Source of the DNA: Octopus sinensis
Taxonomy: Eukaryota
NCBI RefSeq assembly: GCF_006345805.1
Contig: NC_043007.1
Coordinates: 48,670,001 to 48,734,000, forward strand
Length of the DNA: 64,000 nucleotides
Direction: 5' to 3'
The translations under genes and the position numbers were made by a program. Shown in pieces: positions 13,652 to 23,994 of this stretch. Within the stretch, counting starts at the first letter, position 1. Each line of letters starts with the position of its first letter. The notes below the pieces were generated by a model that searched no databases, was not told the DNA's origin, and worked only from the letters and a program-made list of their open reading frames with translations.

Positions 13652-14539
13652 TCATCTTAATTATTTTATAATTTTCACATTAGCACTTAGCTAATGCAAC
13701 CACAAATTTACTCTGGGGTCTTGAATAATCGCCCCACCCCCTTATTAATTTTTCAGATTTTTCCATACCCACTACGTTTATTCCAACCTCCACGCTTATT
13801 AATTTTTCAGATTTTTTGCCCACCCCAGCCGTTTATTAATTTTTAAGAACCCCCCCCCCCCCACATACACTTTTATTCCAACCCTCCTACCTTATTAAAT
13901 TTTGCTAATCTATCTCTGGTGAAATTTTATTGTAAGCTATTCATATTGATACAACAGCTGGAAAATCTAATAATAATTTGATTTTACATTAAAAACATTA
14001 TATATATATATATATGACAAAAAAAAAAGAACATTTTAAGAAATACCATATATTATAAATTAAATAGGATATATAAACTAAATAACTAATTCTGGTTTTA
14101 GAAAAAAATCAAGGGTGACAGCCTAGAAAATTTTAAAAAAAGGATTTCTCATTTAGATACAAGGCCAACAATTTGTGGGGAGGGACAAGTGGATTAAAGC
14201 AGCCCAGTACATTGGCGGTGCTTTATTTTATTGACCCCTCAGTGAGATAGATCTCAGAACATAAAGCTAAGATTGAACTCAGAATGTAAAGCTAGCCTCA
14301 GCAGGATTGAACTCAGAACGTATTTGGCTATAACTCTATTCTGCAAGGCACGTTGCCCAATACTTAAGCACAAGGCCAGCAATTTAAAAGAGAGGAGAAA
14401 GTCAATTAAACTGACTCCCGTAACTAGTACAAAACAACAAACTGTTTATCCTTACAGGACAAACGTTTTATGGAATAAGATTTAACAATATCAACACAAT
14501 TCAAGTAATTTCTCTTTGAACTTTTTCTATGGCAGAGAA

Positions 14540-14900
14540 AAGAGTATTTTGTGGTTTGACATATGGAAATTATTCTATAGAAGAAAAACAAGCACTTGCC
14601 ATCATTCAGAAATCAAGATATGTTCATCAAAGAAAAATATGAAAAATATCTGAAAGGTAAACTTGACAATGCTGAAAAAAAATCCAAAGAAGCATTTCAG
14701 AGTCACTGGAGGAGGTCGTAAAACAAAAGTATCAGGCATGAGAGATGACTTGTTTGAATGGTTTAAATACAAACTCTGAGATAAGATTGATTTTGGTATC
14801 ATTGCCAACCTGGATGAACACTGAGATACATTCCCTAGACAAATGGTGGTTTTTCTTTGATGAACATATCTTGATTTCTGAATGATAAGGTAGCTTGTCC
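14540..14900 (+). mobile_element. pogo/Tigger-like transposase N-terminal relic
   Basis: Broken frame KHFRVTGGGRKTKVSGMRDDLFEWF resembles a CENP-B-type HTH. Confidence 0.4.
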
Positions 14901-15049
14901 ACTACTTTCATTCCATTGCAATGGTATTTGACCTCCATTGATAATTAGGAGGATCTACATGATCATTTGTTCAGGTCATTCAGTAAAGACTGAATGTTCA
15001 TACATCATTTTCAATGGGAGAGTCCATCATACACACACACACACATATA

Positions 15050-16313
15050 TATATATAATAATAAAATATTAGGGAATAAATCCAAACTTACAGGGAAAAA
15101 TCAGATTTAGGATTAAATCTAATTTTATAGTAAAATATATTATATTATATTATATTAAATTAGAGATGAAAGTTCATTGCTAAACCTCGCTAAGATAAAT
15201 ATGTATTTATATTTAAGATCTTCAAATTATAAATTTTAATATTGTATAAGTCTTTGGTGTAATAATATTTTCCTTATGTAAATATCATTGTTTATGTAAT
15301 GATCTAATTATCGTAATTTTCTATATTATTAGATATTAAATTGAAGTTTATTCGTAAGATACTTTTTAGTGATAGATTTATTATTTGATAGCAAGCATAC
15401 TAGGTGTATTAAGTTAGGCTTTTGTATATACATGTTTTAATAGTATTAATTGTAGTTTTAAATTTATAATTAAATTAGATAAACTTTGATAAACTTAGAT
15501 ATGTTTCGACTAAAGATTGGTCCAGGCCATGTCTAATTTAATAGCATAACTTAGTTATTTCTTTAAATTGATATTCGCTAGTTATTCCCATTGATAATTA
15601 TATTTATAGTATTTATAGTATTTATTCGATATTATATTACAACGAATTGATTATTTCTATAAGTATTTTACATAAGATTTCCGAAAGTTTGTTTAAGTTT
15701 GTTTATTTGTATTTTGAAATTAGCTATTTCATCTTTAAATATGAAAAATTAATTTATTAGGTTTTTATTATATGTGCATATATATTTATTTATAGAGATT
15801 ATTTTAGATCTTAATTATAATATTTATATACATTTATATATTTTCATTGATAATTTATATATATTAGTCATTTTTTAATATTTATGTAATTAGATATAGA
15901 CTAATACCGATATTAGATTATTGGTGGGTTTCCTACCTTATAAATTAAAATCAATATTTAACATTATAGTCGATTTTGATATAATCATAATTGTTAAGTT
16001 TTATGTTTCTTGTTTGATAATAGAGTTTATTATAAGTAAAATTATTATATTATTTATATCTTAAAAATATTGTTTAAATATTTCTGATTATATTTTAGAT
16101 ATTTCAATTAACCTGAAGATTGACTGTAACCATAACTCGAATTATTACGAATTGTACAGCCATGAAACGATCGTAGTGTTTTACTCTTTATCTTTTATTA
16201 AACTTTTAATACTTTTGATATATATTTAAAATAATATAAATTAATTAATTTTATGTATTGGCTTATGTTTTTCATTGTTTGATTTGCCTAATAGTGGTTT
16301 TATCTCTAATTTA

Positions 16314-16320
<7 letters not shown>
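15050..16320. mobile_element. AT-rich Penelope-associated repeat; related pieces at ~28340-28560 and ~57470-58060
   Basis: Terminal TATATTAAATTAGAGAT (~15150) is inverted at ~16300; contains a hammerhead motif; the 28380 region is the reverse complement of 16260-16320. Confidence 0.5.
16110..16180 (+). ncRNA. Minimal hammerhead ribozyme motif with palindromic stem III
   Basis: CTGAAGA (16113-19), stem II TGACTGTA/TACAGCCA, GAAAC-GATC-GTA; ACGATCGT palindrome; stem I weak (2 bp). Confidence 0.55.
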
Positions 16321-16352
<32 letters not shown>

Positions 16353-16459
16353 TCGGGGTGAGTACTTGATAATTATAAGCACCTGTGTATACCGTTTAGT
16401 GGTGTAGGTGGTGGAGTAAATTGATCAAAATAAAATAAAAACATGATGCGAAGGATTCA

Positions 16460-16537
16460 GCGGTACATATGTTTCGGGCCTTTATTAGACAGATTTATAA
16501 CAATGCATAATGTATGTCTGTGGCCTTCTTCAGCCGC
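16460..16537 (-). ncRNA. Minimal type I hammerhead ribozyme (left arm)
   Basis: GCGG-CUGAAGA-A-GGCC...GGCC-C-GAAAC-AUAU-GUA-CCGC. Confidence 0.8.
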
Positions 16538-18440
16538 GCACAACAGCTTCCACAAGGACATGTGTTACATCAAAAATTCTTGGTTGGGGATGCAAATCCT
16601 CTCATTCACGTACGACATAATGCGGCAGCAGCATAGAATTGAAGCGTCCATCTCTTTCTTCTCTCAATGTAGAATGAGGAAAATTGGATGTTGAGGTAAT
16701 GTAAATAAATAAATACATATATAGAGGTGAAGATGGAGGGGCGAGAGTTCGGGACGAGGGATAAAAAATGTATAAGAAGTGTAAGTATAGAATAATATAA
16801 AAATGTAGAGGATAAAGATATAAAGAGTTGTAAGGAGATGTAAAGGGGGTATAAAGAAATATAAAGAAATATAAATAAATGTAAAGGCATAAGGTTATAA
16901 AGTAAAAATAGGAATAGAAATAAAAGTAAAAAAACCTGATAAAAACATGATAAAAGTGTAAAAGAATGTAAAGATAAGGGATGTATAGAGGTTACGGACC
17001 AAGCATGGTGGTCAGGAGATTGATAAAATTAGTTGTAGAATTGTCAGTAAATCAACAGTTTCGTCTGGGGACCTAATGCGTTGTAAATCAGAGCTGATGA
17101 GCATTTAATCTGGTTCCTTGAATTAAATGGACTTCTAGTACATACATATCATCATGGATACATACACCCACATACACGCGTACATATACGCCTCCAAGCC
17201 TATAAGCATACACACGCACTCGCGTGTAAACACGTACATAAACACACACGCACCCACACGCACGCGCGTACACACAGATACATACAACAGAATATCCGCA
17301 TGTATACACGGACATTATACGCGTACACACGCACATGTATATACGCGCGCCCATCACTACATACACACACGTATATGCCCACGCCTCTAGGTCTAGGTAT
17401 AAGATATTAAAGGATGTGTATAAGAACGTATGTAAAGAATCCCGTACTCATGTCTATACATGCAAGCACACACGGCTGTGTGTCCGTATGCGCGTGCACC
17501 TATACACTCATATACACACACAGAGACACACGCGCACATGGGTCTAGCTATAAGATATCGAAGTATGCATGTACATATATACGCGTGCATATGTATGTAT
17601 GCGTATACACACGTATGCGGACGCTCGTATAGTCAAAAAGTGGATCCATAGGTAAGTAAATAAACATATATAGAGGTGTAAAGCGATAAGTTATGGGTAA
17701 GAATGAGGGTAAGGGTGAAGATTAGAAATAAAAAATACAGTATAAAATAAGAAATACAATGTAATAGTTAGAAATGAAATATAAGAATTATAAAAATTAT
17801 AAGAGTTAAGGTAAGGGATGAAAATAAAAATGAGAATAAATGGAAGTAGAATAAAAGTAAAAATAAAATTAAAAATAAAAATAAATGGAAGTAGGATAAA
17901 AGTAAAAATAAAAGTAAAAATAAAAATAAAAATAAAATAAAATAAGATAAAAGTATAATTTGTTAAAGTTTAACATGAGATGAAGGTGGTTGAAAGTTAG
18001 AGGTGTGTGTTAAACGTATGGGCGGGCGGGGGGAACTGAAAATTGGAAGGGTTAGAAGTGGAGTTTGGCGGTGTACGTTCAACATCCGAGTTAGAAATGT
18101 GAAAGGGTATAGATATAGGGAATTAAAGAGACTACATAGGGAGGATATGGGTGTAGGAGAAGAAATATTTAGGGAAAAGAAGTCATATATGGGAGACAAA
18201 ATTTGTATATATAGGAGGAAAATGCGGGGAACCGTATATGCACATACACACACCCCCACACACACACACACGCACATGTACATGTATATATATATGTACA
18301 CATACGTACACGTATGTGCACATACATATGCACACACACACACATGCACATATACACGCACATATAGGAAAGCGGGATGTGCTGGAGCCGACAGGTTGCA
18401 CCGGGTGGGAGGAAATTGCATGGGGGAGTTGGTATAAGAC

Positions 18441-19673
18441 CTAAGCATTGTAGTATTTGAAAGTATTAATAAGTTTATGTATACAGGATGGTTTGAACTC
18501 TGACCTTTCGTTAATAAGATTGTGTTTGTCTTTGAATTTCAAGATGTTCAGGAGTTCTACACAACATAGTTGGCATCCTGCTCTATTATTTAAATAAGGT
18601 GCAGCTGATCCGATGATGGACCATCTGAGTTTGAAGCCTATGCATTTGTCTTTTAATTCCCAAATTCTTTTAGAGAGGGAGGTGCTGTTAGCCTTATGTC
18701 TGTGTCTCAGCGAGGACCGGTGGTTGTAGTATCTGGATTTCCAGGAGGTTGAGCAACCAATATAGGTGAGTGTGTTAAACTGAGTACTCACCTCACATGA
18801 GTATATTACGTTTTTCGCCCTACATGCGCCCTGCAGCGGGCACTCTGATGCACATCTGCAGTTGCATTGCATTGCATTATTCGGTCGTGTGCTGCTAATC
18901 CCAGGCAGAGGTGTTGCAATACGAGTGGGGGCGTTGGTATCCTCCTGGTTGTTGATGGGTGTAGTATTTCCTCTGTTGTGTTGGTGGGTGTTCTTACTAA
19001 CTGTTTGGGTAGTATGGCTGCCAGTCTGGTTATATTGTCTACTGTCTAGATGAGGGGGGTTCTGTTGGTCGCTATGGTTTGCTCTTGATCTAGCTGTTCT
19101 AATATTAATATAGTTATGTTTAGCTATGAGGCAGCTCATGTTGGGCAGGGTAGAGTAGGAAATCCTAATAGTTTTGTTGGAGAAGATACTTCTATACTTG
19201 TGGGTGGGTGGGAAGTTGTTGGAAATTATAGAGAATATTCTCTTACATAACTTACCCCTAACTGCTAAGTTGAAAGGTATGTTGAACCATATATATTTGC
19301 GTAATCTGCTATTATCCCTTCTATTTCTCCTAATAGGATCTATATTGCTCTCGTCGGGAGGGTTACTATTGTGTGCTATTCTATTAGTTCGCCTATTTCC
19401 TATACGTTGTTTGGAGTTTAAGTTAGAATTATCGCTAGTGTGAGTTGAGTGCTGAGTTCGATTATAATTGGGAGTCTTATGGCCGACGGATGCTCCCGGG
19501 TGGTCTACATATGATATTCTCTGGTTATACCCAGCACTATAGAGAGCCTGGTTGTAGTGTTGTGCATGATTATTGAAAATTTCTCTATTAGAGGATAGTT
19601 TTGTCAGTCTGTCTGAGATGGCTTGGACCGTGGTGCTAATTATACAGGGTGGAAGGTTGGAAGAGGTATGGAT
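18441..19673 (-). CDS. Inverted copy of the Penelope ORF 3' part (thumb plus GIY-YIG, no RT catalytic core)
   Basis: Same peptide as 20236-21468 with a few substitutions (H/L, P/L, K/E); lacks YRDD. Confidence 0.8.
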   Translation of the reverse strand: MHTSSNLPPCIISTTVQAISDRLTKLSSNREIFNNHAQHYNQALYSAGYNQRISYVDHPGASVGHKTPNYNRTQHSTHTSDNSNLNSKQRIGNRRTNRIAHNSNPPDESNIDPIRRNRRDNSRLRKYIWFNIPFNLAVRGKLCKRIFSIISNNFPPTHKYRSIFSNKTIRISYSTLPNMSCLIAKHNYINIRTARSRANHSDQQNPPHLDSRQYNQTGSHTTQTVSKNTHQHNRGNTTPINNQEDTNAPTRIATPLPGISSTRPNNAMQCNCRCASECPLQGACRAKNVIYSCEVSTQFNTLTYIGCSTSWKSRYYNHRSSLRHRHKANSTSLSKRIWELKDKCIGFKLRWSIIGSAAPYLNNRAGCQLCCVELLNILKFKDKHNLINERSEFKPSCIHKLINTFKYYNA

Positions 19674-19674
19674 T

Positions 19675-21468
19675 AACACCGACGATGTGCTAGAATGGTT
19701 TAACACTATCACCAATAGGCCCGACTACTCATTCATCCAATTCGACATAGCTAGCTACTACGCCAGTATATCCCCCATCTTACTTAACAAATCCCTTATT
19801 TTTGCCCGCAACCTTTCACTCATAGACAGAGAAAAAATTGACATAATTCTATTAGCTAGAAAAACCATAATAGAATTCGACGGTAGACTCTGGATCAGAT
19901 CCGATACCCCCGACAATTTCGATGTGGCTATGGGCTCGAGCGATTCAGCTCAGGTGACTGACTTGGTCGGGGCCTACCTGCTCAAGAAGCTTTTCTCCGA
20001 GGTACCGGATCTTCAGGGGGGTCTATACAGAGACGACGCTCTCTTCATATACCCCACCAACAATAGGAGTAAACTAGAAAGAATTAGGAAAAAGATCAGG
20101 CTTTTTTTCAAATCCTTCAATCTTAAACTAGAATTTATGACCAATACTAAAATAGTAAACTTCTTAGATGTTACGTTAGATTTGAATAAGCACCTTCACC
20201 ACCCGTATAGGAAACCCGAAGAAACTACCAAATACATCCATACCTCTTCCAACCATCCACCCTGTATAATTAGCACCACGGTCCAAGCCATCTCAGACAG
20301 ACTGACAAAACTATCCTCTAATAGAGAAATTTTCAATAATCATGCACAACACTACAACCAGGCTCTCTATAGTGCCGGGTATAACCAGAGAATATCATAT
20401 GTAGACCACCCGGGAGCGTCCGTCGGCCATAAGACTCCCAATTATAATCGAACTCAGCACTCAACTCACACTAGCGATAATTCTAACTTAAACTCCAAAC
20501 AACGTATAGGAAATAGGCGAACTAATAGAATAGCACACAATAGTAACCCTCCCGACGAGAGCAATATAGATCCTATTAGGAGAAATAGAAGGGATAATAG
20601 CAGATTACGCAAATATATATGGTTCAACATACCTTTCAACTTAGCAGTTAGGGGTAAGTTATGTAAGAGAATATTCTCTATAATTTCCAACAACTTCCCA
20701 CCCACCCACAAGTATAGAAGTATCTTCTCCAACAAAACTATTAGGATTTCCTACTCTACCCTGCCCAACATGAGCTGCCTCATAGCTAAACATAACTATA
20801 TTAATATTAGAACAGCTAGATCAAGAGCAAACCATAGCGACCAACAGAACCCCCCTCATCTAGACAGTAGACAATATAACCAGACTGGCAGCCATACTAC
20901 CCAAACAGTTAGTAAGAACACCCACCAACACAACAGAGGAAATACTACACCCATCAACAACCAGGAGGATACCAACGCCCCCACTCGTATTGCAACACCT
21001 CCGCCTGGGATTAGCAGCACACGACCGAATAATGCAATGCAATGCAACTGCAGATGTGCATCAGAGTGCCCACTGCAGGGCGCATGTAGGGCGAAAAACG
21101 TAATATACTCATGTGAGGTGAGTACTCAGTTTAACACACTCACCTATATTGGTTGCTCAACCTCCTGGAAATCCAGATACTACAACCACCGGTCCTCGCT
21201 GAGACACAGACATAAGGCTAACAGCACCTCCCTCTCTAAAAGAATTTGGGAATTAAAAGACAAATGCATAGGCTTCAAACTCAGATGGTCCATCATCGGA
21301 TCAGCTGCACCTTATTTAAATAATAGAGCAGGATGCCAACTATGTTGTGTAGAACTCCTGAACATCTTGAAATTCAAAGACAAACACAATCTTATTAACA
21401 AAAGGTCAGAGTTCAAACCATCCTGTATACATAAACTTATTAATACTTTCAAATACTACAATGCTTAG
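19675..21468 (+). CDS. Penelope-like reverse transcriptase (N-terminally truncated) plus GIY-YIG endonuclease
   Basis: FIQFDIASYY, AMGSSDS, YRDD (20026-20037), NFLDVTL, YRKP..SNHP, WFNIPF, CNCR..CPLQG..NVIY..YIG, CQLC..E; no internal stop. Confidence 0.92.
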   Translation, partial: NTDDVLEWFNTITNRPDYSFIQFDIASYYASISPILLNKSLIFARNLSLIDREKIDIILLARKTIIEFDGRLWIRSDTPDNFDVAMGSSDSAQVTDLVGAYLLKKLFSEVPDLQGGLYRDDALFIYPTNNRSKLERIRKKIRLFFKSFNLKLEFMTNTKIVNFLDVTLDLNKHLHHPYRKPEETTKYIHTSSNHPPCIISTTVQAISDRLTKLSSNREIFNNHAQHYNQALYSAGYNQRISYVDHPGASVGHKTPNYNRTQHSTHTSDNSNLNSKQRIGNRRTNRIAHNSNPPDESNIDPIRRNRRDNSRLRKYIWFNIPFNLAVRGKLCKRIFSIISNNFPPTHKYRSIFSNKTIRISYSTLPNMSCLIAKHNYINIRTARSRANHSDQQNPPHLDSRQYNQTGSHTTQTVSKNTHQHNRGNTTPINNQEDTNAPTRIATPPPGISSTRPNNAMQCNCRCASECPLQGACRAKNVIYSCEVSTQFNTLTYIGCSTSWKSRYYNHRSSLRHRHKANSTSLSKRIWELKDKCIGFKLRWSIIGSAAPYLNNRAGCQLCCVELLNILKFKDKHNLINKRSEFKPSCIHKLINTFKYYNA

Positions 21469-23356
21469 GTCTTATACCAACTCCCCCATGCAATTTCCTC
21501 CCACCCGGTGCAACCTGTCGGCTCCAGCACATCCCGCTTTCCTATATCTGCGTGTATATGTGCATGTGTGTGTGTGTGCGTATGTATGTGCACATACGTG
21601 TACGTATGTGTACATATATATATACATGTACATGTGCGTGTGTGTGTGTGTGTGGGTGTGTGTATGTGCATATACGGTTCCCCGCATTTTCCTCCTATAT
21701 ATACAAATTTTGTCTCCCATATATGACTTCTTTTCCCTAAATATTTCTTCTCCTACACCCATATCCTCCCTATGTAGTCTCTTTAATTCCCTATATCTAT
21801 ACCCTTTCACATTTCTAACTCGGATGTTGAACGTACACCGCCAAACTCCACTTCTAACCCTTCCAATTTTCAGTTCCCCCCGCCCGCCCATACGTTTAAC
21901 ACACACCTCTAACTTTCAACCACCTTCATCTCATGTTAAACTTTAACAAATTATACTTTTATCTTATTTTATTTTATTTTTATTTTTACTTTTATTTTTA
22001 CTTTTATCCTACTTCCATTTATTTTTATTTTTAATTTTATTTTTACTTTTATTCTACTTCCATTTATTCTCATTTTTATTTTCATCCCTTACCTTAACTC
22101 TTATAATTTTTATAATTCTTATATTTCATTTCTAACTATTACATTGTATTTCTTATTTTATACTGTATTTTTTATTTCTAATCTTCACCCTTACCCTCAT
22201 TCTTACCCATAACTTATCGCTTTACACCTCTATATATGTTTATTTACTTACCTATGGATCCACTTTTTGACTATACGAGCGTCCGCGTACGTGTGTATAC
22301 GCATACATACATATGCACGCGTATATATGTACATGCATACTTCGATATCTTATAGCTAGACCCATGTGCGCGTGTGTCTCTGTGTGTGTATATGAGTGTA
22401 TAGGTGCACGCGCATACGGACACACAGCCGTGTGTGCGTGCACGTATAGACATGAGTACGGGATTCTTTACATACGTTCTTATACACATCCTTTAATATC
22501 TTATACCTAGACCTAGAGGCGTGGGCATATACGTGTGTGTATGTAGTGATGGGCGCGCGTATATACATGTGAGTGTGTACGCGTATAATGTCCGTGTATA
22601 CATGCGGATATTCTGTTGTATGTATGTGTGTGTACGCGCGTGCGTGTGTGTTTATGTACGTGTTTACACACGAGTGCGTGTGTATGCTTATAGGCTTGGA
22701 GGCGTATATGTACGCGTGTATGTGGGTGTATGTATCCATGATGATATGTATGTACTAGAAGTCCATTTAATTCAAGGAACCAGATTAAATGCTCATCAGC
22801 TCTGATTTACAACGCATTAGGTCCCCAGACGAAACTGTTGATTTACTGACAATTCTACAACTAAATTTTATCAATCTCCTGACCACCATGCTTGGTCCGT
22901 AACCTCTATACATCCCTTATCTTTACATTCTTTTACACTTTTATCATGTTTTTATCAGGATTTTTTACTTTTATTTCTATTCCTATTTTTACTTTATAAC
23001 CTTATGCCTTTACATTTATTTATATTTCTTTATATTTCTTTATACCCCCTTTACATCTCCTTACAACTCTTTATATCTTTATCCTCTACATTTTTATATT
23101 ATTCTATACTTACACTTCTTATACATTTTTTATCCCTCGTCCCGAACTCTCGCCCCTCCATCTTCACCTCTATATATGTATTTATTTATTTACATTACCT
23201 CAACATCCAATTTTCCTCATTCTACATTGAGAGAAGAAAGAGATGGACGCTTCAATTCTATGCTGCTGCCGCATTATGTCGTACGTGAATGAGAGGATTT
23301 GCATCCCCAACCAAGAATTTTTGATGTAACACATGTCCTTGTGGAAGCTGTTGTGC

Positions 23357-23434
23357 GCGGCTGAAGAAGGCCACAGGCATACATTATGCATTGTTATAAA
23401 TCTGTCTAATAAAGGCCCGAAACATATGTACCGC
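23357..23434 (+). ncRNA. Minimal type I hammerhead ribozyme (right arm, sense to ORF); predicted cleavage after 23430
   Basis: Stem I GCGG/CCGC, core CTGAAGA and GAAA, stem II GGCC/GGCC, stem III palindrome ACATATGT, GUA triplet. Confidence 0.82.
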
Positions 23435-23494
23435 TGAATCCTTCGCATCATGTTTTTATTTTATTTTGATCAATATATATATATATAGATATAT

Positions 23495-23547
<53 letters not shown>

Positions 23548-23994
23548 ATATATAAAGATAAAGCAGAAGAATTATACACCTATACATTTTTTTTATTACA
23601 GTCTTTTATGTTGTATATTCACTTTAAACTTCTGTCCAATGTGTTTCTGCTGCATAGTTATCCTACGATGTGGTGTCTGTTTGCATCCTGTTTATTCAGA
23701 TGCATTAAAATTTCAATCAGGTTAAATGTATCCTTGCAGCATTATTCAGTTTCCATCAACCAAATTCACTCACAAGGGTTTGGTCAACCCAGGGCTATAG
23801 AAGACACTACCCTAGTGTATCAGTCTGTTGAAAGTGAGTAAGCTGAAACTCTGAAGCCACTGTCAACCTTTTCCTTGCATATGTCAATGAATGTGTACTC
23901 TTCAAAAAGTATTCCTTCAATTTTATATCCTGCTTCCATATATGTGGCTTAACATAAAAACATACATTAATGCTTACATACAGACACACATCTC

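Larger units (their letters stand above)
16348..23474 (+). mobile_element. Penelope-like retroelement, 5'-truncated, with ~3.25-kb inverted duplication (arms 16420-19673 / 20236-23474)
   Basis: Arms match base by base apart from scattered SNPs and microsatellite slips; RT plus GIY-YIG ORF; both ends abut (TA)n. Confidence 0.93.

Noticed and set aside
17088-18448. Numerous C/V/Y/I/H/T-rich ORFs here and across the window
   Set aside because: Translation artefacts of (CA)n/(TA)n microsatellites.
19573-19673. N-terminal 34 aa of the 631-aa ORF-track protein
   Set aside because: It is the antisense of the inverted arm, not native Penelope coding sequence.
22745-22840. CTCATCAG...CGAAAC as a second hammerhead in the element (mirror at ~17050-17140)
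   Set aside because: CUGAUGA and GAAAC fall on opposite strands. The antisense reading has a good stem II but no GAAA core.
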